64,000 bases of DNA from a virus, in the IMG/VR virus record IMGVR_UViG_3300042562_001145, positions 5,689 to 69,688 of that record, one strand, 5' to 3'. The notes beneath the pieces are model-generated. The model ran no database searches. It saw only the letters and a list, made by a program, of their open reading frames with translations, and was not told the origin of the DNA. Position numbers and translations under genes: made by a program. Positions 29,768 through 39,688 of the stretch are shown piece by piece; position 1 is the stretch's first letter; each line of letters begins with the position of its first letter.

Positions 29768-32700
29768 TATGTGTTATACATTAAAGTTATTTTTGTTGCA
29801 TTTACAATATTAATATCTGGAGTTGCATTTGCTATAAGAGTGTCCACTTGAGCTTTAGTATAATAATCTAAAATACCAGGGGCAGTCTCTCCATAAACAA
29901 TATTTACACTATCAGGAATACCACCTATAATTTGAAGAGTATTTAGTATTGTAAGAACATTTGTTGTTATTGAGTATTGAGAACTGTTTAACTCCTGACC
30001 ATTAACAAATACACCATAGGTATATGAAGGGTTTGCTAATAGTGTAAAATTTTGCGAACCTGAATAAGTAAACTCCTGTCTTCTTAAAGGTGTTGATGCT
30101 CCAGCTCCAGTTGGATATGCGACTTGTTTTACATTACCTGAAGAATCTCTAACAAGTACAAAGTCAGAAGTTGAACCTGTAGCTGGTGTAGTTTGTATTA
30201 ATAATTGTCCATTTGCCTTTACTGTAAATTTTCTTGAAACAGAACTAAAATCTACACCTGTTAGTATACTTACATCATTATTATCAGTAGAACCTACAAA
30301 AACTTCTTCTGTTCCTAACAATCCTCCTTTTCCTGCAAGTAATGGTACAAAGTAATTAGGACCAAACTTTGCTACATATATATTTTTTATATATGAACTT
30401 GAATCTATACCGACTCCAAGGTTAACAACTGCAGAGTTACCTGTATTAGTATTTAAAGCTGTATAACCAACACTTCCATTAAAATTTTTATTAAAATAGA
30501 ATCCATTAGATGCAGCATCCGCAGGTCTTAATCTACTTCCAATATTAACATCTACAGTCACTGCTGTAAGAAGTTGAGCAGGATTAAATCCTAATATACC
30601 TTCAATAGTATTTGTTTTCCATAATGAAGTTGCAGCATCATAATACAAAGTATGTTTGTCAGCAAGAGTGCCATTAATAAAAACATTATGGAGCTCATCG
30701 AGCTCATATCCGTTAGTAATTCTGTAAACAATTCTTCCTAAAGAAGGGTGTGTTCTTGCTACTACTCCTATAAATACAGCATGGTTAGGTGCTTGTGGTT
30801 TAATTCTAGTTACATATCCTGCATTGTTAGGATCTAACCAAAGAACATCTCCATCTAGTAGAACATCATTAGTAAAAGGAAAAGGTGCTCCATTTGCAGC
30901 ATTTCTAGTATCTAGTGTATGTATAGTACCTAACATTGCAACAGTACCATCTGAGGTTGTAGCTATATCAGATAACACAACTCCAAAAGTTCCTGAAGAA
31001 GTTGCCTCTGCATTGGCTTGAGCTTTATAAGCATTTGGTCTAAACCCTGTAGAACCATTCAAATAAACAATTGTTCCTTTTCTTAATATGTCAGACACAG
31101 AAGGATTTCTTACTATTACAGGAACTGTTTCAGCAAAGTCTACAATACCATCATTGTCAATGTCATAAGTAGATGTTTGCATATCTCCTGTACCAACTAC
31201 AATAGTTTGATTTTCCCATTGAGAAGTAGTAAGGTTATATTGTAATAATTGACCATTAAGAGGAGATGTTACAGTTACATCTGTAAGTTCATCTATGCTT
31301 GAAATAGCATTTGAAATTTGAATATAAACAGAGCCACTCCATCTGTATGATTTGTTAGCTAGTAAGTCAACATAAATCTTTCCTGTTTCTGGGACAATAG
31401 GTGTTGTAAGACCTGCATTAGAATAAAATGTTGGTGCATTATAGTAACCTTCAATAACATCATCTACATAAGATGGCAATTGAGAACTTGGTACTTTGCC
31501 TGCAACTAAATCAGCTTTTGTATCTAAATCAGTAGTTACTGCTAGTGTACCATTTTTATTAGGTAAGTATAATATTCTATCTTCAGTTAATACAGAAGGC
31601 AATACTAATGCTACATTTCCACTACCATCTGCAGAAGTTTCTCTTAATTCAAAAGAACCTCCATATCTAAGTGTACCACTTTGTAGAATTGAAAAAATAC
31701 CAAGCTTTGCTAAATAAGCAGCACTATCTGGTATGTCTGCTGAGTTTACAATTAGTCCACTTTCAGATATTATTTCTGTTGTTGTTACATTACCTATTGT
31801 AGTTACATCTTGTAAATCTTGATTACCAGCTATTTGTAATTCCCAAACTGCAGCATCATCTGTATTATCAGTACAAACATATAAGGTACCATCATCTAAA
31901 AGCCATCTAGATCCAACTATAAAACCTTGTGAAATATCATTGTAATTATTGGGTATTGTTGTAAAATTGTGTGATACTTCTCTAACAGTAGTTCCACCAT
32001 CGCCCATTACATAAAGCCTTCCAGCTTCCCATTTCAACTCATAACCTACTGCACAAATTTGAGCAATACCTTTTGAACCCCCATAACCAGCATCAATAGT
32101 TCCTTCTTTTAATCTAGAGCCATTGTTCATATATACTCCTGCTCCAGTTCCAAATTGAATATCATTGTCAGTAGTATTTCCAATATCAGTTACACCTTGC
32201 AGATTTTGAGTACCTCCTGCAATTAACTCAGAAAAAGTAATAGGTGTAGTTCCAATTATTGATATAGATGGAGTATAATAATTCATATAGTATCTATTAC
32301 CATATAAAGTACATGCCTCATTATTTATTTTCCACTCTCTAGTATTCTTGTTTAAAGAAGAGTAGGTTGTTGTGATCCTTCTTAATTTCCAAGGTTGTGT
32401 AGCACTACCATTTTGAATTATTTCATAATCACCATTTTGTTTATTATCTGCTTGATCTTTAACTAAAATTTTTCTATTTGGGTTAGTAAAAGAGTTAGAT
32501 ACATTTACACCATTGATAACTCCTAATGGCCCATTAACAGTGGCAGTTAAGTAGGATGTTGTTGGATTTAATGTGAAAATTCCACCTGGAGTTGGAGGAG
32601 GAAACTCATCCATATAAGTACAACTAGGTAATGGTGCACTAGTAACAGTGTCCATGTGTACTACAGGCATTGTAACTACTTGTGTAGGTGGTACGTAGTT

Positions 32701-33576
32701 TATTTCATAGACTACTTCTGTATCACCAATTACATCAATATTATTTTGTTGTAAAAAGAATCTGTTTTCATTTACTCCACTTAGTATATTTACTTGAGAA
32801 GGATATAATTCGCCAGGTTCATTTGCATAATCAACTCTAGTTAAAACCCATGGTTCTGGTGTACATCCACTTAAATAATCAGAAAGACTACAACCTTCTT
32901 GTGTAACAATATATACACCATTATGAGGTCTATTACTAGGAGTACCTGATTCAAAATCACCAATATTTTCATCTTTTACTAAAAGAGTCATACCTACAAG
33001 CATAGGGGCTTGTGCACCTCCTACTATACCTTTTAATTTTGAGTTAGTAGCAGCTGTTATTGTAGCACCTATTCCATCATCTAATGGTCCATTATAATAA
33101 GTTGAGGAGGGCAATTCGTTACTAGTTGCATAGTCAGCAAACATTACTGGAGAATCCCCTCCTGGTGTAGGCGGTGTAACACTTGATGTGTAACTAATCC
33201 ACACTCCATTTGCTTTTTGATAAAACTTTTCTCCTGTTACTGTATTGTACCAATCACTCCCAAGAGGGAATCCTCCTGCAACATTATTAGTAGAAACAGG
33301 ATCTACTGCTGAATAAGTAGTAAGTTTGTCCCATGCTTCATTTTTTCTTACATACTGAGAGCCATCATCAGGAGCTTCAGAAATATAGTTGGCATCATTA
33401 ACTAATAATGATACATCATCTCCTGCTTGTAAGTAATTATCATCATCTTCAAAATATTGAGATAATAGTTCAATCTCTGAAGGAACTATATTTGATAGAT
33501 CTCCTTTTCCTCTTCCTTTAAGGGAGAATACTTTAAAGTTTATAAAATTAGGTGTTATTACAAAACTTCCTGCCAT
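29767..33576 (-). CDS. Long mosaic tail fibre protein (1269 aa)
   Basis: EAPDDGSQYVRKN..W, two LVKD....NG.Y....G....PW.L.R modules, Q.LQ.VT.IGN.T repeats, KADLVAGKVPSSQLPSYVDDV, I/LDEL..V repeats. Confidence 0.7.
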   Translation of the reverse strand: MAGSFVITPNFINFKVFSLKGRGKGDLSNIVPSEIELLSQYFEDDDNYLQAGDDVSLLVNDANYISEAPDDGSQYVRKNEAWDKLTTYSAVDPVSTNNVAGGFPLGSDWYNTVTGEKFYQKANGVWISYTSSVTPPTPGGDSPVMFADYATSNELPSSTYYNGPLDDGIGATITAATNSKLKGIVGGAQAPMLVGMTLLVKDENIGDFESGTPSNRPHNGVYIVTQEGCSLSDYLSGCTPEPWVLTRVDYANEPGELYPSQVNILSGVNENRFFLQQNNIDVIGDTEVVYEINYVPPTQVVTMPVVHMDTVTSAPLPSCTYMDEFPPPTPGGIFTLNPTTSYLTATVNGPLGVINGVNVSNSFTNPNRKILVKDQADNKQNGDYEIIQNGSATQPWKLRRITTTYSSLNKNTREWKINNEACTLYGNRYYMNYYTPSISIIGTTPITFSELIAGGTQNLQGVTDIGNTTDNDIQFGTGAGVYMNNGSRLKEGTIDAGYGGSKGIAQICAVGYELKWEAGRLYVMGDGGTTVREVSHNFTTIPNNYNDISQGFIVGSRWLLDDGTLYVCTDNTDDAAVWELQIAGNQDLQDVTTIGNVTTTEIISESGLIVNSADIPDSAAYLAKLGIFSILQSGTLRYGGSFELRETSADGSGNVALVLPSVLTEDRILYLPNKNGTLAVTTDLDTKADLVAGKVPSSQLPSYVDDVIEGYYNAPTFYSNAGLTTPIVPETGKIYVDLLANKSYRWSGSVYIQISNAISSIDELTDVTVTSPLNGQLLQYNLTTSQWENQTIVVGTGDMQTSTYDIDNDGIVDFAETVPVIVRNPSVSDILRKGTIVYLNGSTGFRPNAYKAQANAEATSSGTFGVVLSDIATTSDGTVAMLGTIHTLDTRNAANGAPFPFTNDVLLDGDVLWLDPNNAGYVTRIKPQAPNHAVFIGVVARTHPSLGRIVYRITNGYELDELHNVFINGTLADKHTLYYDAATSLWKTNTIEGILGFNPAQLLTAVTVDVNIGSRLRPADAASNGFYFNKNFNGSVGYTALNTNTGNSAVVNLGVGIDSSSYIKNIYVAKFGPNYFVPLLAGKGGLLGTEEVFVGSTDNNDVSILTGVDFSSVSRKFTVKANGQLLIQTTPATGSTSDFVLVRDSSGNVKQVAYPTGAGASTPLRRQEFTYSGSQNFTLLANPSYTYGVFVNGQELNSSQYSITTNVLTILNTLQIIGGIPDSVNIVYGETAPGILDYYTKAQVDTLIANATPDINIVNATKITLMYNT

Positions 33577-33593
33577 GATTTTTATATTTTAAA

Positions 33594-34334
33594 TTAACTT
33601 ATACTTTCGCAAGTTCTAATTGTAATTTTTGAATTACTATCTATTTTGTAATAACACTGAGAAGTAGGAGATCCCCATTGATACACGTATTTTAAATTTT
33701 CATCTTCGGGGTAAAATGGAAATGACCCTTGGTTATCTAAGTACACATTTGCTCCTACATCTACAAGTATGTTTCCATTATTATTTGTACCACTTGTTGC
33801 ATAAAATGTTTTCATAATAGGCGTACTTGGTAAAAATCCTGTTATACCAACTTCATACATTGTAAAAGCAAACAAATCTAATTTTATTTTAAACAAAGGA
33901 ATCTCATCCTCTGCTATAGTTATCCCTTGATTTTGTACCCAATTTGCGATCTGTGTTTCTGTAACTTCTCTTAATGTTACTGCACCTAACTCTTCTAGTG
34001 TAGGGTAGAAGTACACTACTTTATTATCTTGATTATTTTGTAAATATAACTTACCATCAACTGTAGATAGTGTTATAATATTTCCGTTTTCGGTACTTAA
34101 AAATGTTGATATATTTACTACTGGATTTTGTGTAGTTCCTGTTACCCCTGTTCCTGTTACTGTTGTTGTGGAACCTCCTGGTCCTTGTAAGTCAACTAAT
34201 GGTAATGGGACTCCACATACATCTGTTACGTATGTTGTAACTGCTGTAGCTCCATCTGCCACTACAAAATATATAGAGTTTGGTTCAGGTTGACTAGGGA
34301 GTACTTTTACTTTAAAATGTTTTATTTCTATCAT
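33594..34334 (-). CDS. Tail fibre-related protein (246 aa)
   Basis: KV.VLPS..EPNSIYFV and LST..GN.IT...DGKLY fibre-type motifs. Confidence 0.5.
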   Translation of the reverse strand: MIEIKHFKVKVLPSQPEPNSIYFVVADGATAVTTYVTDVCGVPLPLVDLQGPGGSTTTVTGTGVTGTTQNPVVNISTFLSTENGNIITLSTVDGKLYLQNNQDNKVVYFYPTLEELGAVTLREVTETQIANWVQNQGITIAEDEIPLFKIKLDLFAFTMYEVGITGFLPSTPIMKTFYATSGTNNNGNILVDVGANVYLDNQGSFPFYPEDENLKYVYQWGSPTSQCYYKIDSNSKITIRTCESIS

Positions 34335-34335
34335 G

Positions 34336-34677
34336 TTACCATTCTACTTTACTCCATTCGCAGTGTTCATCTGCTGAATCGGATATGTTACTTATGTTTG
34401 GGTATATCCCACAAAGATTTTTTATTTTTACACTTGTATTACAATCCCCTATTTCTCCAGCTATTTTTTTATTCACCCAATCTATTAGTTCGCACTCATC
34501 TGTGCATAATATACTGTGGAATAATTGAGCATGTCTTACTTTATTTTTATCAACATCTTCCCCTATACCAAATTTTTTATTCAGGTAATATTGGTCTGCT
34601 AATTTTAAAAGGTTAGATTCTGCCTTATCATAATAACCTTCTTGGGTTAAGTATAAGTAATTTTCTTGTCCAGCCAT
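34336..34677 (-). CDS. Hypothetical virion protein (possible fibre-anchoring hub)
   Basis: 113-aa ORF between the lysis cassette and fibre genes. Confidence 0.4.
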   Translation of the reverse strand: MAGQENYLYLTQEGYYDKAESNLLKLADQYYLNKKFGIGEDVDKNKVRHAQLFHSILCTDECELIDWVNKKIAGEIGDCNTSVKIKNLCGIYPNISNISDSADEHCEWSKVEW

Positions 34678-34678
34678 T

Positions 34679-35227
34679 TTATATACAGTCTTTACAATCA
34701 GCTAATCCTCTTAGTAGATCTTTTGCTCCTTGCAAGAACCTGTCTGCTTTTACAAAGTCTCCAAGTTTAGCATGTGCTTTAGCTACTTTTATTAACCAAT
34801 CAATGTCATAAATTTTATCTCTAAATTCTTTATCCTTCTTAGAATACTCGAACCCATGTTTTACTACTATTTTTGATAGCTCTAATTCTGTTCTATCTGT
34901 TTTAAGGTAGTATCTTGTTTTATCTAAACCTTCAAACTTACCTTTTACTGTTATTGTGTAGATACCATCCGGTAATTCTCCATAAGTTTCTTTTATGCAA
35001 TCTCCTTGTAAACAAGTGATACCAAGGTTATGGCTATTGAAAGAATTTATAGCATCTTTCTTATATGAAAATACTAATGGTTTTGTAGATCCTGGCAAGG
35101 TTACCTCTATAATTGCTGGTTCATTTTGTAAATACACCCAGTCACTATTATCTCCTATCCAAAGTGTTTGTACAGTAGATTGTATTACATCAAAATCTAT
35201 TTTTATTTCTCCTACTATTTGTGACAT
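34679..35227 (-). CDS. Putative tail hub/fibre docking protein
   Basis: IEVTLPG...FNSHNLGITC...LPDGIYTITV pattern seen in crAss-like tail proteins. Confidence 0.45.
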   Translation of the reverse strand: MSQIVGEIKIDFDVIQSTVQTLWIGDNSDWVYLQNEPAIIEVTLPGSTKPLVFSYKKDAINSFNSHNLGITCLQGDCIKETYGELPDGIYTITVKGKFEGLDKTRYYLKTDRTELELSKIVVKHGFEYSKKDKEFRDKIYDIDWLIKVAKAHAKLGDFVKADRFLQGAKDLLRGLADCKDCI

Positions 35228-35247
35228 GGTTTGCTTTTATTTTGTTA

Positions 35248-35724
35248 TTAGAATAGCTTGTATTGCAATAATATTCCCCAGGTATGCCTTGCATCAGTTC
35301 TTATTAAATAAGTGGCTCCAAGGCTCCATTTTTGGTACTCTGCTAATACGTTAGTAAATACGGAAGGTTGTGCTTGTCTTAGTTCATTTGTTCTAATACC
35401 AAAGTAGCTATGTATCTCAATCTTTTTTGGCTTATCTAGTAATTTATTCTGTGTATCTATGAACTTAGATTGTTGTAATATTATGCTATCTTTTATAGAT
35501 ACTTGATATTCTAATTTATCTGTTATTTTTTTAAAATTTTCTATTCTAGATTCTTGTTCTTTTACTACAAGGTTGCAAGAGTCGTATTTTACTAATTCTA
35601 TTGCTGCTAGTCTTGCTTCTTTTTCAGTAAGTATTATTACTTTATTTTTTATCTGAGTAGCGGTCTGTGAAAAAGTGTTGTAGCTTAGTAATAGACATGC
35701 TATCAATAACAATAATCTTTTCAT
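35248..35724 (-). CDS. Putative spanin-like secreted coiled-coil protein
   Basis: Signal peptide MKRLLLLIACLLLSYNTFSQ, coiled coil, overlaps the upstream TM protein, downstream of the endolysin. Confidence 0.5.
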   Translation of the reverse strand: MKRLLLLIACLLLSYNTFSQTATQIKNKVIILTEKEARLAAIELVKYDSCNLVVKEQESRIENFKKITDKLEYQVSIKDSIILQQSKFIDTQNKLLDKPKKIEIHSYFGIRTNELRQAQPSVFTNVLAEYQKWSLGATYLIRTDARHTWGILLQYKLF

Positions 35725-35974
35725 ATTCTGTTTTTCTTATTATTTTAATTCTGTCTACTATTTTAGCATCTTGATTTTTTAAACTGTCTATTATTTTACT
35801 ATTTTCGTAGCTTTTTTTATTTAGTTTAGTTATCTCGATTTCTAATTTTTTAGATTCTTCTACTAGTTTATTTCTATCATTTTGGTAGATTAGTGTAGTT
35901 GCTATGAATAAAAGTATTAGTAATAAACTAAACCATTGCTTCTTAAAAAATTCTATTATGTTAAAAATTATCAT
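35642..35974 (-). CDS. Putative inner-membrane spanin (Rz-like)
   Basis: One N-terminal TM helix followed by a coiled coil, right after the endolysin. Confidence 0.55.
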   Translation of the reverse strand: MIIFNIIEFFKKQWFSLLLILLFIATTLIYQNDRNKLVEESKKLEIEITKLNKKSYENSKIIDSLKNQDAKIVDRIKIIRKTEYEKIIVIDSMSITKLQHFFTDRYSDKK

Positions 35975-36438
35975 TAGTTTTTAATTTGAAAGTGCATCCA
36001 ATCATAATCTTTTTCTCTACCAAGAGATTCAAAACCGTGTTTGTAAAATATATCAATCATTGGCTTATATTCAGGTCTAGCAAATCTTGCTGTCTTTGAT
36101 GTTTCTTTTAGTGTGTTCCTAGCTGGATCTAAATCTATAGCTATTCCCCAAGAGTGCATTGACCATGAGGTTCCACCTCTCATTTTTCTATAATTAAAGC
36201 ATCCTCCAAAAAGATCTATCCCAAGTTCTTTTATTTTGTCTTTGCCATAGTGGGCCAATATGTCTTTTAGTACACTGGATAATCTAGTTGCTATATCTTT
36301 ATGGCAACTTATTTTATTTACTTCTGTACTTATTTCCCAAGCTAATCTCATTGGAAAAGGTAGTGGTATTGTTACTAAATACCCTTTGCCAGTTTCGTTT
36401 GGTACTCCGTATTTTTTAGTTATTTGTTGTGTAGTCAT
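35974..36438 (-). CDS. Endolysin, peptidase M15 family
   Basis: GGCFNYRKMRGGTSWSMHSWGIAIDLD and DWMHFQ zinc-peptidase motifs. Confidence 0.9.
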   Translation of the reverse strand: MTTQQITKKYGVPNETGKGYLVTIPLPFPMRLAWEISTEVNKISCHKDIATRLSSVLKDILAHYGKDKIKELGIDLFGGCFNYRKMRGGTSWSMHSWGIAIDLDPARNTLKETSKTARFARPEYKPMIDIFYKHGFESLGREKDYDWMHFQIKN

Positions 36439-36439
36439 A

Positions 36440-36868
36440 TTATTTTAAGACATCTATATCGTCTTTTATTTCTTTACTTCTTTGTAAAAACTTTTTTAAC
36501 ATTTTAAAAACGTCTACATTAAAAGCTTCTTCAAAATTTTCCTTTATGCTAACTGATTCAATAAAAATTAATATTATTGTTACCGTTTTTGTAAAAAGAA
36601 ATGGTATTGAAAACCATATTTTAAAAAATTCTCCTAATAAGTAATTATCAATAGTGAATATTAATAGTACTGCTGCTTGGTATAATACAAACTTTGAGAC
36701 TATATTGCTCAATTTTCTAGAAGTTATCTTTTCACCTAATTTTATCGCTTTTGAAATACCAAAAATTGTATCTAATGCTATTGCTGTTCCTACTGAAATT
36801 ATCAGTCCTTGTATTGGTGCAAAAAATAATAGAAGGGTTGTTAAAAAGTATACGATGTAAGTCTTCAT
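36440..36868 (-). CDS. Holin (phage holin 4-like)
   Basis: About 3 TM helices, LDTIFG..KA..LG..ITSRKL and IES.SIKEN motifs, directly upstream of the endolysin. Confidence 0.8.
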   Translation of the reverse strand: MKTYIVYFLTTLLLFFAPIQGLIISVGTAIALDTIFGISKAIKLGEKITSRKLSNIVSKFVLYQAAVLLIFTIDNYLLGEFFKIWFSIPFLFTKTVTIILIFIESVSIKENFEEAFNVDVFKMLKKFLQRSKEIKDDIDVLK

Positions 36869-36892
36869 TTATTTTAAGGTTAGGTATGAGAT

Positions 36893-36924
36893 AAAAAAAG
36901 GAGGAGTGTTTTGCTCCTCCTTTT
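36893..36924 (-). terminator. Intrinsic (possibly bidirectional) terminator
   Basis: aaaaggaggag-tgttttg-ctcctcctttt inverted repeat with A/T tracts on both sides. Confidence 0.85.
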
Positions 36925-36936
36925 AAATTTCTATTC

Positions 36937-38937
36937 TTAGAATCCTGCAGATACTGTTGCAAGTCCTGCTGCTGTAGCTAACAAGTTAATTTGCGTTTGT
37001 ACAGCTGCATGCTTTCCAACTTCTGCTAAGAAGTGGTAGTCGAAGTTTTCAACTACTTCTCCTGAGAAAGATTGTGCAAATCTGTTTGTTCTAACTCTAA
37101 CAACATAATCAACATATTGAGCAAGAGGTTTCAAGTGTGACTCTTGTCCTAATACCAATTTACCGAAGTTGTTTCCTGACAATCTCTGACGATTTTCAAA
37201 GTATACTCTAGTACGCTCTTCTAAGTCATAAAATTGTGCTCCTACTGCTTCTGGCTCTGTAGCGATAGAAAGTAATTTTACTCTGAATCTACCGTTAGAT
37301 CCCATTTTGAATGATTCAGAAACTAGTCCTGGAGCTTGATTCGCAATAGATAATCTAGTTGAGCTATAAACGAATGGTAATTCGTCTCTGTATTCTTCTG
37401 AACCTGCTAAGATATTTACTTTACCTTTCAAATGGATACCCATTTTTGCTGTTCCGCTATAAGTTGTAGGTTTTGCTACCCAGTGAATTCCACCGAATGA
37501 TGCTGGTGCTTCTGTTACAAACAAGTCTCTCAATAATGGAGAACATTCTTCACATACTACGTTTGAAGTAACTTCTGCTCTATACACTGTTTGACATGCT
37601 CCTGTTGTAGCTGTTCCAGTGTTTGTCAATGCTCCTACAGTTGCTGTAAAAGTATTTGCCGCTCCTAAAGCTACTGGTGCAAATCCTTCAGCTAAATCTG
37701 TAAATAAAATAACACCTGAGCTTGGGTTTGTTACTACGGCTCCTGTTGCTGCTAAGATTGCTGCTGCATTTGCAGAGAACCATGCTGTTACTGTAGCTGC
37801 CATACTTGTTGCATAAGCTTGTGTGTAAGTTACTCCACCTACAGCGATACTGAAGAAACCTGAAGCACCTACTGTAGCTGTAACTGATTGTGTCCAGTTT
37901 TCGCTTGCGGTATCAACTAAGATATTCAATTCTGGGTAAGCTGCTTTTACTGCTGCTAATTTATTACTACCACATTCGTCATCTTTCAATTGTAATGTGT
38001 AAGTTTTTTGTATTGCAGAACATGTTGTTCCTGCAACCCAAGCAATTGTTGAGCTAGTTGCTGTAATTTCTGGAATACCATCACAGTTAGCATCTGCTAA
38101 AGCTGCTACTGCTAATGAGTAAGCTGCTGGAGCTCCTCCTCCATTGATGATAACATACACAGAAGTTCCTGAAGCTGCTGTTCCTGGTAAGTAAGATTCT
38201 CTTTTTACATTCAATGTTGGATACTGTGCTTGTACTAATCCTAGTGCAGAGTTGTTTCCATTATCTTTTACTGTAAGTCTGTAAAAAGTACTTGGTACAT
38301 CATTCAATTGTAAAGCTGCTAGTGAAGCGTTTTCACTGTTTACTGGAGTGATGTCGATGTAGTTTAAGATTGATACTCCTCCTACTAGAGTTACATTTTG
38401 TAAACGTTTTACTCCTTCTTCAACAATTTGGTGCATTGTAAATGTACCTGTGTTTGGTGCTTCAAGATAAAGTTTTACTGTAACTTTTGCTTCTGGGTAC
38501 CCTAACATTCCAATAGCTTCTCCAGCTAAAGTAATATCAATTACCTCATTATCTCCATTAGCCATTACTAATGCAGAACTAGCATTAATACCATCGTATC
38601 CGATGATAAATTCGTCAACAGATACTCCCATTTTAGGTGCGTTAACTTTAATATCAACAATCTCAGAAATCTTGAAAGGTACTGTAGAGTAAGCTTTGTT
38701 TGATTGAGAACGAGTTGGTGTTAAAGGTGCGATACCTAATCTTAGTTCGTATAATCTGTTTCTGTCTGCTGCCGGTGTTGCGATAGTACTGGTTACTGCC
38801 ATACCTAAAGCGGTTGCTGGAGCTCCTTTATCTACAATACCCAACTGACCTTTAGCTAGTCTAGTAGACGAGCCTGCAGTCATTACCGAACCTTCGTTGG
38901 TAACAAATGCTAATGTTTGTGGTGCGTGTGATGCCAT
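36937..38937 (-). CDS. Abundant structural protein, probable auxiliary/decoration capsid protein (666 aa)
   Basis: Ala/Thr-rich protein three genes downstream of the MCP and followed by a strong terminator, as in the crAss-like capsid module. Confidence 0.5.
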   Translation of the reverse strand: MASHAPQTLAFVTNEGSVMTAGSSTRLAKGQLGIVDKGAPATALGMAVTSTIATPAADRNRLYELRLGIAPLTPTRSQSNKAYSTVPFKISEIVDIKVNAPKMGVSVDEFIIGYDGINASSALVMANGDNEVIDITLAGEAIGMLGYPEAKVTVKLYLEAPNTGTFTMHQIVEEGVKRLQNVTLVGGVSILNYIDITPVNSENASLAALQLNDVPSTFYRLTVKDNGNNSALGLVQAQYPTLNVKRESYLPGTAASGTSVYVIINGGGAPAAYSLAVAALADANCDGIPEITATSSTIAWVAGTTCSAIQKTYTLQLKDDECGSNKLAAVKAAYPELNILVDTASENWTQSVTATVGASGFFSIAVGGVTYTQAYATSMAATVTAWFSANAAAILAATGAVVTNPSSGVILFTDLAEGFAPVALGAANTFTATVGALTNTGTATTGACQTVYRAEVTSNVVCEECSPLLRDLFVTEAPASFGGIHWVAKPTTYSGTAKMGIHLKGKVNILAGSEEYRDELPFVYSSTRLSIANQAPGLVSESFKMGSNGRFRVKLLSIATEPEAVGAQFYDLEERTRVYFENRQRLSGNNFGKLVLGQESHLKPLAQYVDYVVRVRTNRFAQSFSGEVVENFDYHFLAEVGKHAAVQTQINLLATAAGLATVSAGF

Positions 38938-38974
38938 TTTTAATCTTAATTTTAGTTATTATTTATTTTAATTT

Positions 38975-39640
38975 TTATAATTCTTGTGTTGCTCTTAATC
39001 TATCAATCTGGTATTTGGGATTTTCTACATTTACTTCAAACTCACTAGATGCCATTGATATAATTCTATCTGTAAATAAATCATCAAACTCTGGGTTCAC
39101 TGTACTGTCGAATTCACTTTCCGGATCATCTTCAATCGTTAGTCTTATTTGTACTGGGTATCTGTAGTAAGTAAGATATAGGTTATCGTGTGTGAAGTTC
39201 TCTTTATATGCATAGATATTATCTGCTGCCATTGAGAAAGGTGCTTCTCTTGCTATAAAGGATGGTTTGTTGAATTCATCTTGTAGAATTTCTGTTTTAT
39301 TGTCATCTTTTATATCGAAGAGGTTTATTTTAATACCGCTGCAGTTTTTATTTGATGCTTTAGAATAAACAGAAGAAAAACTAAAAAAATCTTGTGGTAT
39401 TTTAAAGACATCTGCGTAGTCGGTTGATGCCTCTCTTATAATCTTTTTGTTTGGTACTAGTATATTTTGGATGTATACATAATCATCTGTACCTTTTTTA
39501 TTGAGCACAAACTCAATCATTTTATTTTGTGCTTCATTAAATATTACTATAAATCTACCCCTATCTATTCCTATCTTTGAACTCTCAAAGGTTTCGTTTA
39601 TTTTGATTTGGAATTTTATAAAAGCTTGTTCTGTAGTCAT
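38975..39640 (-). CDS. Head-tail ring/adaptor protein (crAss-like)
   Basis: IFNEAQ, F.IPQDF, LTYYRYP, NPEFDD motifs; position in the capsid module. Confidence 0.55.
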   Translation of the reverse strand: MTTEQAFIKFQIKINETFESSKIGIDRGRFIVIFNEAQNKMIEFVLNKKGTDDYVYIQNILVPNKKIIREASTDYADVFKIPQDFFSFSSVYSKASNKNCSGIKINLFDIKDDNKTEILQDEFNKPSFIAREAPFSMAADNIYAYKENFTHDNLYLTYYRYPVQIRLTIEDDPESEFDSTVNPEFDDLFTDRIISMASSEFEVNVENPKYQIDRLRATQEL

Positions 39641-39650
39641 ACTTTATTTT

Positions 39651-39680
39651 AATAAGGGGGAGTTTTTATTTCCCCCATTA
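39651..39680 (-). terminator. Possible terminator hairpin
   Basis: ggggga...tccccc inverted repeat in the intergenic gap. Confidence 0.5.
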
Positions 39681-39688
39681 GTAAGTTT

